Translations under genes and position numbers: made by a program
The notes under the pieces: generated by a model
What the model was told of the DNA's origin: nothing
Database searches by the model: none
Seen by the model: only the letters and a program-made list of their open reading frames with translations
In this document: positions 9,464 to 18,688 of the stretch, one piece after another
Position numbering within the stretch: position 1 is the first letter of the stretch
Layout of the letters: every line of letters starts with the position of its first letter
Assembly (NCBI GenBank): GCA_902614945.1
Contig: CACMNE010000007.1
Location: 1,235-65,234, forward strand
DNA: 64,000 nt
Direction: 5' to 3'
From: an uncultured Alphaproteobacteria bacterium
Lineage (GTDB): Bacteria; Pseudomonadota; Alphaproteobacteria; Rhodobacterales; Rhodobacteraceae

Positions 9464-11106
9464 TAGTTTAATTTATTTAAAATCATATTTGATAATTGGT
9501 GAGCATTGGCTCTGGGTAGAAGCACATATTCCCCACCTAAATTTTTAGCTAAATCTTTTGCATTTTGAGAAATCCTTTGAGAAGTATCAATCACCATTGT
9601 TTTTAATTTATTTGATACAAATAGTTTTGAAACTTGAGAACTATCTTCTAAAGCCTTAATTCTTCCTTTTTCTCCATCTAAATCTATATTAGCTTTTCCA
9701 TCTGTTAAAATAATACTCACGGGTGAAAAACCTTTTTGAGAATAATCGATAGATAATTTTAGCGCTGACATTAATCCCGAAGCTAAAGGTGTTCCACCTC
9801 CACCAGGTAAAGAACCTAAAACACGTTTAGTTTTACTCAATGATCTAGTTGGAGTTAATAAAGTTTCAGCATTATCTCCTCTAAAAGATATAAGCGCTAC
9901 TAAATCCCTTGAAGAGTAAGCATTAGCAAGAAGTAATTCTATAGCACCTTTTGCTTCCGCTAATCTTCCTACTGCTAAAGATCCAGAGGCATCAACAGTA
10001 AAAATGATGACCCTATTTTTTGAATCCTTAAATTTTTTTATTTGTATATCAGATGTTCTGAATTCAATTTTAAACTTATCACTATTTGATAATGTTTTTT
10101 TTCTAATCAATTGCCAAGGTGCTGCGGATTTCAATGTACCTATAACGTCTATTTTATTTCTTCCATTAGGAATACCATTGTTAGAAGGAAGTGGGCGTCC
10201 ACGCTGAAAAGAAATTTTATTTTGCCCGCTACCTGACTTATTAACCAAGGATTTATTGTTACTTTTTCCATGGATTATTTTTTCTAAAATATTTGATGGT
10301 AAATTAACTTTCACTGCATCTAACAGTAATTCAAGAGGAATATCAGTGGATTTTTTTTTATTTTCTTCTCTATTATCGTTAGTTTCATTTTTCTTTTGGT
10401 TTTGTTCTTGATTATCTTCAATAGGGGGAGGAAAATTTTTTATTTTATGTGCTAAGGTTAGTCCAATACTCTCAATTAGGTCTTTTTCTTCAACAACTTT
10501 TACTCCTCTTAGTGCTGATAAAGCACTAGCAACTTTTACAGCGAATAATACAGGTCTTATACTATTTATTCCAGTTGTGGATGTAATTTTAAATAAATCG
10601 CTATAAAAATTTTCAGGCATTTCAATTTGGTTTAAAAGAGATTTCGCATTGGAAATATCATATTTTTTTATTTTGAAATTTTTAATTTTTTTAAAAGGTA
10701 TTGAATTTAAATCAATAAAAAAAGAAATTCTTTCTTTGAGACAATCAGGTATTTCTTCTTCTTCTATACCTTCATCTACTACTAATAATAAAAAATTTGG
10801 TTTTATATCCATTTTTTGGGCAAAGATAGCAGCCACTCTTGGTTCAAACCTTTCCCCCATCATCAGTTTTAAAATTTTTGGATTATCGTCAAAAAGACTT
10901 TTTCTATAAACTGGTTTTCCTAAATTAAGGGTCTCTGAAAAATCTAGCCCTCCGTGTAATTTTGAATCTGAGATTTCTGGAAATATTTTTTTTACAGGAA
11001 ATTCATTTAAATTTTTTTCTATAAGACTTAGTGCTAAACTTCTAGTTTCACTATGTCGTGATTTTATTATTAATCCCCCTATATCAAAAGGGAGTAATCG
11101 TAACAC
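9463..11106 (-). CDS. bchD: Mg-protoporphyrin IX chelatase subunit D
   Basis: Degenerate N-terminal AAA+-like region, an acidic/Asn-rich linker (PPPIEDNQEQNQKKNETNDNREEN) and a C-terminal vWA domain with MIDAS DASGS. GTG start, and the frame is open for a few more codons upstream. Confidence 0.92.
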   Translation of the reverse strand: MLRLLPFDIGGLIIKSRHSETRSLALSLIEKNLNEFPVKKIFPEISDSKLHGGLDFSETLNLGKPVYRKSLFDDNPKILKLMMGERFEPRVAAIFAQKMDIKPNFLLLVVDEGIEEEEIPDCLKERISFFIDLNSIPFKKIKNFKIKKYDISNAKSLLNQIEMPENFYSDLFKITSTTGINSIRPVLFAVKVASALSALRGVKVVEEKDLIESIGLTLAHKIKNFPPPIEDNQEQNQKKNETNDNREENKKKSTDIPLELLLDAVKVNLPSNILEKIIHGKSNNKSLVNKSGSGQNKISFQRGRPLPSNNGIPNGRNKIDVIGTLKSAAPWQLIRKKTLSNSDKFKIEFRTSDIQIKKFKDSKNRVIIFTVDASGSLAVGRLAEAKGAIELLLANAYSSRDLVALISFRGDNAETLLTPTRSLSKTKRVLGSLPGGGGTPLASGLMSALKLSIDYSQKGFSPVSIILTDGKANIDLDGEKGRIKALEDSSQVSKLFVSNKLKTMVIDTSQRISQNAKDLAKNLGGEYVLLPRANAHQLSNMILNKLN

Positions 11107-11214
11107 AGCAATAATTTTTTCAAGTTTATTTAGTAAAAAGTTATTACAATCTTTTTCATTAAAGTTGATATCTTTTGATATTTTTTCCTCCGATATATTT
11201 CCATTTTAATAAAA

Positions 11215-12225
11215 TCATTTTCCTATGGTTTCTTCAATTGCTCTTTCAACTCTAACATTTGATCCTACATCATCGAGAGGGTCTTTGCGAAGTCTGTGTC
11301 CCAAACAAATTGAAGCAACTTTTCTTAGATGTGAAATTTCAACAGTATCTTTATTTTCAAATGATGCTTGTGCTTTTGATGTTCTTATTAAGGTCAATTC
11401 TCCTCTTAAGCCATCTGAACCTAAAGCAAGACATAATTTTGCACAGCTTTCTAGTACTTCATTTGATACTTTAACATCAATTAGTTTTTTTCGAGCTCTA
11501 ATGATTTTTCTCCTTAATTTTGAGTCCTCTTTTTCCCAAAAAAGGAAAAATTCTTTATCTTTATCATCAAATTTGGTCCTTCTTTTTATTACTTCCATTC
11601 TTTCTTTTAATTCTCTGGGAGATTTTACTTCAACTGATAGCCCAAATCGATCAAGAAGTTGAGGTCTTAATTCTCCTTCTTCTGGGTTCCCTGAACCAAC
11701 AAGTACAAATTTAGAATCGTGTTTTACGGATAATCCTTCTCTTTCAATAAGGTTTTCTCCTGAAGCAGAAACATCTAGTAATAGATCCACAATATGATCT
11801 TCTAATAAATTGACCTCATCGATATATAGATATCCTCTATTAGCGTAAGCTAGAAGTCCTGGCTCAAAGCTTTTTTTGCCCTGGCTCAATGCTACTTCTA
11901 AATTTAAAGATCCAACTACTCTATCTTCTGTTGATCCAAGTGGTAAATCTATAATCGGTGTTGGTTTTTGTTCTACTTTTTTAACAGAAGTTGTAGAACA
12001 ATGAGAACAATTTTTATTAAGGTTTTCACAATTGTAGGGGCAGCCTTTAATTGACTTTATTTTAGGCAACAAAGCCGTTAGAGATCGAACTATTGTTGAT
12101 TTTCCTGTACCTCTTTCACCAAAAACCAATACTCCGCCTATCAATGGATCGATAGCGGTAAGAATGAGAGCTTGCTTCATGGTTTTCTGCCCAACAATAG
12201 CAGAGAATGGATAATCCAACTTCAT
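11215..12225 (-). CDS. bchI: Mg-protoporphyrin IX chelatase subunit I (AAA+ ATPase)
   Basis: Walker A GERGTGKST and Walker B YLYIDEVNLLEDH, with length and sequence typical of BchI/ChlI. Confidence 0.96.
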   Translation of the reverse strand: MKLDYPFSAIVGQKTMKQALILTAIDPLIGGVLVFGERGTGKSTIVRSLTALLPKIKSIKGCPYNCENLNKNCSHCSTTSVKKVEQKPTPIIDLPLGSTEDRVVGSLNLEVALSQGKKSFEPGLLAYANRGYLYIDEVNLLEDHIVDLLLDVSASGENLIEREGLSVKHDSKFVLVGSGNPEEGELRPQLLDRFGLSVEVKSPRELKERMEVIKRRTKFDDKDKEFFLFWEKEDSKLRRKIIRARKKLIDVKVSNEVLESCAKLCLALGSDGLRGELTLIRTSKAQASFENKDTVEISHLRKVASICLGHRLRKDPLDDVGSNVRVERAIEETIGK

Positions 12226-12242
12226 TTTATTCCCAAATTAAT

Positions 12243-13040
12243 TTAAATAACAGATTTACCACACCATTTTCCAATTGCTTTTTCTACTTTAAATCTTGCA
12301 TATAATTCCTCAGAGAACCAGTTACCTTCTCGAACTGATTTGATTGCTTTTGCGTGGGGACCGTCTTTTCTTGCGAAATTAGACATTGATTCTGCATTTG
12401 GCCAAATAGAAAAGGTTACTTGATGAAACCATGGAATTTCTCCTAATCCCATTTTAAAAAGCACATTGTTATCATTACCTATAACTTTTGAAATTGCGGG
12501 TACTCTAGACCAAAACTTGAGCATTATTTTTGGTTTTATAGTAGCTCTAGTTAATGCAGCCAACATTTTCTCTTCTGAGATTGTTTCTTTTTTTAATGGG
12601 TCGAATGGATTAATTTTATCCCAATATCCTTTGCTTGAAATTGGAGAAAGAAAAACATTCCAATTCTCAACTGATTTTGCTCTATATTTTTTATATATTT
12701 CTTTTTCTCTTATATTCTTTTCAGCAATGTTAATATCATTCCAAACGCTCAAGATAGCATAAACACTTGTATTAGGATAAGGCGTAAATCCCTCGCCAGT
12801 TCCTGAACCAAATAATTTATAAAAAGATATTTCTTTTATATTTTTCAACTTTTTACGCGCAAAACCCATTTGACCAAATGCCCATAATTTTTGGAAGATT
12901 CCTTTGAATCTAAAAAAACTTATAACTACAATTTGTGTATCTGTTTGCAAAGTTTTTTGACCAATTTCAAATTTTTTGTTTTCCATACTTTCAAGTACAA
13001 AGAAGCATTCATTTAATATGTTGTCAAATTTTTCTGACAT
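12243..13040 (-). CDS. crtA: Spheroidene monooxygenase
   Basis: 265 aa at the canonical position: upstream of bchI on the same strand and divergent from crtI. The family call rests on overall resemblance to CrtA plus synteny. Confidence 0.82.
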   Translation of the reverse strand: MSEKFDNILNECFFVLESMENKKFEIGQKTLQTDTQIVVISFFRFKGIFQKLWAFGQMGFARKKLKNIKEISFYKLFGSGTGEGFTPYPNTSVYAILSVWNDINIAEKNIREKEIYKKYRAKSVENWNVFLSPISSKGYWDKINPFDPLKKETISEEKMLAALTRATIKPKIMLKFWSRVPAISKVIGNDNNVLFKMGLGEIPWFHQVTFSIWPNAESMSNFARKDGPHAKAIKSVREGNWFSEELYARFKVEKAIGKWCGKSVI

Positions 13041-13073
13041 GATAAGTTTATAATATGTTAAAAAGATCTGACA
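13022..13073. promoter_or_regulatory. Two PpsR/CrtJ-type palindromes (TGT-N12-ACA) covering the crtA and crtI start codons
   Basis: TGTCAAATTTTTCTGACA (13022..13039) overlaps the crtA ATG. TGTTAAAAAGATCTGACA (13056..13073) overlaps the crtI ATG. The two start codons are 14 nt apart. Confidence 0.6.
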
Positions 13074-14656
13074 ATATTGAATTTGACTTACCTAACTCTT
13101 CTGAAAATGTATCAAAAACAGCTATAATTATTGGCGCTGGGTTTGGTGGTTTAGCAGCAGCAATGCGATTAGGAGCAAAGGGATACAAAGTCGTTGTTTT
13201 TGATAAAATGAATAGCCTTGGTGGTAGAGGTTCTTCAATAAATTTGAGAGGTTATAGATTTGACTTAGGTCCAACTATAGTAACGTTGCCAAATATGTTC
13301 AGATCTCTTTGGAATTATTGTGGTCGTGACTTTGATAAGGACGTAGAACTTAAATCACTCGATCCATTTTATAAAATTAAATTTCCAGATAATTCAGAAT
13401 TTTCAGCTTCAAATGACACTTGCCAAATGAAAAAGCAAGTAAAGGAATTTTCTCCAAATGATTTAGCTGGCTACGAAAAATTTATGCGAGAATCAAAAAT
13501 CCGTTATGACATAGCCTTTTCTGAAGAAAAAAGTATTGGTAGAGTATCCATGCATAAACTTTGGGATACGCTAAAAGTCCTGCCCTTGTTTGGTTTATTA
13601 AGAGCAGATAGGTCAGTTTATCAAATGGCTGCTGCAAGAGTCAAAGATTCGAGACTTAGATTTGCTCTAAGTTTTCACCCCCTATTTGTTGGTGGAGATC
13701 CATTCAATGTAACATCTATGTGGGGGTTAGTAAGCCATATTGAGAAAGTCTTTGGAGTCCACTGTGCAATTGGAGGCTTTAGTGCAATTGCAAAAGCCAT
13801 GGGTAAGATAATTTTAGAGCAGGGTGGAGACATTTATTTAAATTCTGAGGTAAAAGAAATAACATATGTACATAATAAAGTCACTGGCGTTAAATTAAAG
13901 GACAATAGAAATGTTAAAGCAGACATTGTAATTTCTAATTCTGATCCAGCTTATACTTATAATGAATTACTAAAGACAAAAAATAAAAAAAGATGGACTG
14001 AAAAAAAATTAAAAAACAAAAAATGGTCCATGGGTTTATTTGTCTGGCATTTTGGTACCAAAAATACAAAAAATATGTGGTCAGATGTTGGGCATCACAC
14101 AATTTTACATGGTCCAAGATATGAAGGTCATGTGAAAGATATATTTATAAATGGTATTTTGTCAGAAGATATGAGTCTTTACGTTCACCGCCCTTCTGTA
14201 ACAGACCCCACATGTGCCCCTGATAATTGTGATACTTTTTATGTCTTATCATGTGTGCCTCATTTAGGTCATTCTAATTCTGTAAATTGGGAAGATGAAA
14301 AGGAAAAATATTTAAAAAAGGTAGCAAAATTTTTAGATAGCAGATTACTTCCAGGGTTTCAGAAGAAAATTGTAGAAAGCTACATAATGACACCTAATGA
14401 GTTTGGTAAAAATTATTTAAGCCCAATGGGTACTGGATTTTCAATTGAACCCAGAATGTTTCAAAGTGCATGGTTTAGGCCTCATAATATATCTGAAGAA
14501 GTTGATGGTCTCTATTTAGTTGGAGCAGGTACGCATCCAGGTCCAGGAGTTCCAGGTGTAATAGCATCCGCAGAAATCATAGCAAAAGAGATTCAGGATG
14601 AAAAATTAAATTATAATCAAAATAAAAAACTTCATGAAAAAATTGATGTAGGGTGA
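13055..14656 (+). CDS. crtI: Phytoene desaturase
   Basis: N-terminal FAD fold IIIGAGFGGLAAAMRLGAKGY and C-terminal LVGAGTHPGPGVPGV. Followed by crtB. Confidence 0.95.
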   Translation: MLKRSDNIEFDLPNSSENVSKTAIIIGAGFGGLAAAMRLGAKGYKVVVFDKMNSLGGRGSSINLRGYRFDLGPTIVTLPNMFRSLWNYCGRDFDKDVELKSLDPFYKIKFPDNSEFSASNDTCQMKKQVKEFSPNDLAGYEKFMRESKIRYDIAFSEEKSIGRVSMHKLWDTLKVLPLFGLLRADRSVYQMAAARVKDSRLRFALSFHPLFVGGDPFNVTSMWGLVSHIEKVFGVHCAIGGFSAIAKAMGKIILEQGGDIYLNSEVKEITYVHNKVTGVKLKDNRNVKADIVISNSDPAYTYNELLKTKNKKRWTEKKLKNKKWSMGLFVWHFGTKNTKNMWSDVGHHTILHGPRYEGHVKDIFINGILSEDMSLYVHRPSVTDPTCAPDNCDTFYVLSCVPHLGHSNSVNWEDEKEKYLKKVAKFLDSRLLPGFQKKIVESYIMTPNEFGKNYLSPMGTGFSIEPRMFQSAWFRPHNISEEVDGLYLVGAGTHPGPGVPGVIASAEIIAKEIQDEKLNYNQNKKLHEKIDVG

Positions 14657-14662
14657 TCTCAA

Positions 14663-15688
14663 ATGAAAATTGATAATAGTGATTTAAAAGAATGCAAACT
14701 ACTTATTAAAGAGGGGTCACATTCCTTTTATGCTGCTTCAAAATTATTACCAAAATATGTTCGTGATCCAGCCATAGTACTTTATGCATTTTGTAGAATT
14801 GCTGATGATGTAGTAGATCAGGAATCAAAGCTTAAAAACCCTATACAAGATTTAAGACACCGGTTGGATTTAGTTTATAATGCTAATCCAAGAAATTGTA
14901 GTACTGATAGAGCTTTTGCAGCATTAGTAAAAAGCTATGAACTCCCAAAAGAATTACCTTTAGCTTTAATTGAAGGGCTTGAATGGGACCAGGATGGGAG
15001 AAGGTTTAAAAATTTATCTGAATTGTATAGTTATTGTGCTAGGGTAGCTTCTTCAGTGGGAGTAATGATGTGTATTTTAATGAATGTAAGAGATGGAGAT
15101 GCACTAGCAAGAGCCTGTGATTTAGGAATAGCAATGCAGCTTACAAATATTGCAAGAGATATTGGTGAAGATGCTAGAAATAATAGAATTTATATTCCAA
15201 CAGACTGGATGAAACGAAATGGTATAGCTATTGATGCTTTTCTTAAAAATCCAGAAAATTTTCCTGAGGTGAGTATTTTAGTAAAAAAACTTTTGAATAA
15301 AGCTGACTATTTTTATAAACGGGCTGGTGCTGGTTATTTTTCTCTTCCTAAGGAATGTAGACCAGGTATTTTTTCAGCTGGTAAAATTTATTCTAAAATA
15401 GGTAAACATATAGCTGCTTCAAATTACGATAGTGTTAGTAGAAGGGCATATACAACTACTTTTGAAAAATTTTTAATGCTTATATCGTCCATAGGTAATT
15501 CTGCACTAACAACAGTAATGCCAATTCCATCTACTATTCATGCTGCAGCATTACCAGAAGTTAATTTTTTGGTAAATTCTGTTAAAACACCTAAAGAAAG
15601 CAAAAAGTCATTTAAACAAAGGTCAGGTAAATTTATTAATTTACTATTTGATTTAGAGCAAAAAGATAGAGCACTTGCTGGAATATAA
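14663..15688 (+). CDS. crtB: Phytoene synthase
   Basis: Squalene/phytoene synthase signatures YAFCRIADDVVD and MQLTNIARDIGEDA. Confidence 0.95.
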   Translation: MKIDNSDLKECKLLIKEGSHSFYAASKLLPKYVRDPAIVLYAFCRIADDVVDQESKLKNPIQDLRHRLDLVYNANPRNCSTDRAFAALVKSYELPKELPLALIEGLEWDQDGRRFKNLSELYSYCARVASSVGVMMCILMNVRDGDALARACDLGIAMQLTNIARDIGEDARNNRIYIPTDWMKRNGIAIDAFLKNPENFPEVSILVKKLLNKADYFYKRAGAGYFSLPKECRPGIFSAGKIYSKIGKHIAASNYDSVSRRAYTTTFEKFLMLISSIGNSALTTVMPIPSTIHAAALPEVNFLVNSVKTPKESKKSFKQRSGKFINLLFDLEQKDRALAGI

Positions 15689-15717
15689 ATTGATTTATTT
15701 TTCAAGAAAATAATTTT

Positions 15718-16170
15718 ATGGATTGGATTGCATTTACTCTCTTTTTTTTAACTTGTTGCGTAGCTGCTTCTACGGGAGCACTTTTCCCACCAAATGACTG
15801 GTATAAAAAATTAAAAAAACCTTTTTGGAATCCACCAAACTGGTTATTCCCAATAGCCTGGTCTATTCTTTATATAATAATAGCCTATGTAGGAATGAGG
15901 ATTTCAGCTCTTCCAGGTTCAAAAAATTATTTAGTTGCATTATGGGCTTTACAAATTTCATTCAATACGATTTGGACACCCATTTTTTTTGGATTAAATA
16001 ATATAAAATTGGCAATGCGATTTATGGTTGGGCTTTGGGTATCTGTTCTATTGATGGTTTTAACTTATTGGTTCGAAGATACACTATCAGCAATTTTAAT
16101 ATTACCTTATTTTATTTGGGTAAGTTTTGCTGCAGCTTTAAATTTTCGTATCATGCAACTTAACGATTAA
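15718..16170 (+). CDS. tspO: Tryptophan-rich sensory protein TspO
   Basis: 150 aa, five hydrophobic helices, Trp-rich (PFWNPPNWLFPIAWSILY). Canonical position after crtB. Confidence 0.92.
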   Translation: MDWIAFTLFFLTCCVAASTGALFPPNDWYKKLKKPFWNPPNWLFPIAWSILYIIIAYVGMRISALPGSKNYLVALWALQISFNTIWTPIFFGLNNIKLAMRFMVGLWVSVLLMVLTYWFEDTLSAILILPYFIWVSFAAALNFRIMQLND

Positions 16171-16183
16171 AAATTAAAATTGT

Positions 16184-17143
16184 TTATCTATTAAATCTAG
16201 GTACTTTTACAGCTAGCATTGGTTTCAATATCGGGTTTGAAAATCTATTAAGATCCAAAGCTTCATGAACTCCTATACTTTTTTCTCCAAAAATTGAAGT
16301 TTCTACTCCTGATCTTGTATAAAAGGGAGTATCAAGCATATGTTTAATTTGTTTTGGTTTGAAGTCTTCATCTGATCTTGTTTCTCTCTTAACAAGCCAT
16401 AAAGATCTTGATAATTTAGTTACTTTTGGGGGATTTAGGACTTTTTCTACTTTCCCATTGTTTTTAAATAATAAAGCAATATTTACATTTTTTTCTCTTC
16501 TTGGGGTAGCATCATAAAAAGTATAACTCCCTTCTTTTGTTGGAAATCTACCCCAGGTCCAATATGAGAAATCTTGTTCTAATGCACTTAAACCAAAATT
16601 TGCATCAAAATATCCGTGGCCTTCCCATTGCCATCCTGGTTTGTTTATATCTACTTGAATTTTTGATAGTGGAGCAAATGGTCGCCAAATGTGACTATTG
16701 TTTTTCAATAATTTACATTCTATATCTGAAATAAATTCAGGAAAAATTTTAACTGTTCCTTTTACGCAGTCAAAATGCGGAATAGAATATTCTTTAAAAT
16801 TAATTACTAGGTGATCTTTTTCCCAATGAAAAAAACTTGGCCCAACTTTAAGTGTATCCTTGTCTCTTTGGAGTTGTTTTTCACCTCTTTCGGTCATTGT
16901 CCATCTCCAGCCCTTCCCGTACATAGCTACATTTATACAAACATGGTTTGAAGGATTTTTTCTTCCTGACCAATAATACCAAGGTGAAAATACGGAGCCA
17001 ATAAAACCGATTATTGATATTGCTTTCTTACCATCATTTGAAATTCCATCTATATACCACCAGGCATATCCATTAGGTTTTACTTCTATATCAAACTTAG
17101 GTCTTTCAATATCATTTCTGCTGCATGCCTTCCTGATAGGCAT
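16184..17143 (-). CDS. crtC: Acyclic carotenoid 1,2-hydratase (hydroxyneurosporene synthase)
   Basis: CrtC-like N-terminus ERPKFDIEVKPNGYAWWYIDGISNDG. The track ORF runs to 17389 but its first 82 codons lie inside crtD in another frame. I place the start at ATG 17143 (MPIRK...), which is uncertain. Confidence 0.85.
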   Translation of the reverse strand: MPIRKACSRNDIERPKFDIEVKPNGYAWWYIDGISNDGKKAISIIGFIGSVFSPWYYWSGRKNPSNHVCINVAMYGKGWRWTMTERGEKQLQRDKDTLKVGPSFFHWEKDHLVINFKEYSIPHFDCVKGTVKIFPEFISDIECKLLKNNSHIWRPFAPLSKIQVDINKPGWQWEGHGYFDANFGLSALEQDFSYWTWGRFPTKEGSYTFYDATPRREKNVNIALLFKNNGKVEKVLNPPKVTKLSRSLWLVKRETRSDEDFKPKQIKHMLDTPFYTRSGVETSIFGEKSIGVHEALDLNRFSNPILKPMLAVKVPRFNR

Positions 17144-18612
17144 GCCATTGGGAGCCCTGCTCCTGGATGCGTTCCTCCTCCCACTAGAAGTAAACCCTGT
17201 ATTTTGTTTCTGTTCTTGGGTCTCATGAAAGTTGATGTTATTCCGTGAGGTGTTCTGCCATAAAGAGAGCCTTGAGAGCCAGGAAACATCAGGTTGAACT
17301 CTTCGGGTGTAGTAAGCATTTCTTCTGATGGTTTTAAATCTATTTTTAAACCCATTGATTCCAGAATAGAAAATGTTATTTCCTTGCATTTGGCATATTC
17401 CTTTTGTTTGTTATAATTTTTATTTAATGATACTGGAGATCCATTTATTATTATTTCAAAACGTCCCAAAACGTTTTCCTTAGGATAAGGGTCATTATTG
17501 TTTCCTTGTGCGCAAATATAAAGTGTTGGGTCTTTTGGAATTTCACCTTTTTTGATATCTTCAAATTCATTTTTATAATTTTTATTAAATAAAACATTAT
17601 GGTGACGAAGTTTTAATCCCTTTGTTTTAGCGGCAAAACTCCAAACATATGCTGATAGAGATCTATTCTGAACATTTTTAGTTGATACGGCCTTTTTCAC
17701 ATCTTTTCCTACAAGTCCATCTAAGAGTGCCTTTGGATCTCCATTAAATATTACTGTATTTGAATGAATAACTCTGCTATCATTTAGTTCTATTCCTGTA
17801 ATTTTATTATTTTTCACTAAGATTTTTTTAACCTTGCTTTTGTAAAAAAACTGGGTGTCAGATTTTCTTGCTACTGATTCAATTTCTTTTGCTAGATTAT
17901 ACATACCACCCTTTACCCTCCATACCCCTTGACATTCCACATTCCAAATTAGAGAAAGAATATTAGGAGACATAAATGGTGAACCGCCAACATAAGTAGA
18001 ATATCTAGAAAATAGTTGTTTTAAACGATAATCTGAAAAATTTTCACTAAGATAATTATATAAATTTTTATTTTTTATTAACAATTCTTTTAAAAGTTTC
18101 CAATAAACAAAACTATTTAAAAATAATGGAAATATTTTAGGTTTTGGACTCATTATTATTGGATCTTTAAAGAAATCAAAAAGACTTTCAGAAAACTTAT
18201 TGAATTTTTCAAATTCTAAAGCAGATTTATGGCCCGCAAATTTTTTTATTTCTTCAAAATTTTTTTCAAAAGACGAATATAAGTCCAGTGTACTCTGATC
18301 CCTCCACCAATGCCTTGCAATTATTTCTTCTTTAATGAAATCTAAATTTTCATTGATATCATGGCCACAAGAGTTAAATAAGTTTTCAAAAATGTTATAC
18401 ATAGTTAAAACAGTTGGGCCTGCATCAATAGGTCCTGCTTTGCTTTTAAGATACCTAATTTTTCCGCCTGGTTTTTCGTGTTGCTCATAAACTTCAACAC
18501 TTACCCCTGACGTGGAGAGTTTCATGGCTGCTGTCAATCCAGCAATACCGGCCCCAATAATTATAACTTTTTTATTTCTCAAAACTAATTTGCAATCTTT
18601 AAGTAATGTCAT
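17086..18612 (-). CDS. crtD: Methoxyneurosporene / hydroxyneurosporene desaturase
   Basis: CrtI-family FAD fold VIIIGAGIAGLTAAMKL and C-terminal LVGGGTHPGAGLPMA. The track start is TTG 18636; I prefer ATG 18612 (MTLLKDCK...). Confidence 0.92.
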   Translation of the reverse strand: MTLLKDCKLVLRNKKVIIIGAGIAGLTAAMKLSTSGVSVEVYEQHEKPGGKIRYLKSKAGPIDAGPTVLTMYNIFENLFNSCGHDINENLDFIKEEIIARHWWRDQSTLDLYSSFEKNFEEIKKFAGHKSALEFEKFNKFSESLFDFFKDPIIMSPKPKIFPLFLNSFVYWKLLKELLIKNKNLYNYLSENFSDYRLKQLFSRYSTYVGGSPFMSPNILSLIWNVECQGVWRVKGGMYNLAKEIESVARKSDTQFFYKSKVKKILVKNNKITGIELNDSRVIHSNTVIFNGDPKALLDGLVGKDVKKAVSTKNVQNRSLSAYVWSFAAKTKGLKLRHHNVLFNKNYKNEFEDIKKGEIPKDPTLYICAQGNNNDPYPKENVLGRFEIIINGSPVSLNKNYNKQKEYAKCKEITFSILESMGLKIDLKPSEEMLTTPEEFNLMFPGSQGSLYGRTPHGITSTFMRPKNRNKIQGLLLVGGGTHPGAGLPMACLSGRHAAEMILKDLSLI

Positions 18613-18648
18613 TAAATAATTACATATTATTGTCAAAAAAAATAGACA
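18607..18648. promoter_or_regulatory. Two tandem PpsR-type palindromes in the divergent crtD/crtE control region
   Basis: TGTCATTAAATAATTACA (18607..18624) overlaps the preferred crtD ATG. TGTCAAAAAAAATAGACA lies at 18631..18648. The gap between them is 6 bp. Confidence 0.6.
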
Positions 18649-18688
18649 TAAATTTTTATTTATGTTATTCCTCAGATCAGGAGTGATT

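Noticed and set aside
11107-11214. Possible regulatory element or small gene in the 108-nt bchI-bchD spacer (GATATC-TTTT-GATAT mini-palindrome).
   Set aside because: The stem is only 5 bp and entirely A/T, with no FNR-type (TTGAT-N4-ATCAA) or PpsR-type match. Part of the spacer may belong to bchD, because its frame is open for several codons upstream of the GTG.
13049-13054. Perfect TATAAT hexamer immediately upstream of the crtI ATG, considered as the crtI -10 box.
   Set aside because: A transcript initiated about 7 nt downstream would start after the only plausible crtI start codon, and no properly spaced -35 exists. It is probably an AT-rich coincidence, or it serves the opposite strand.
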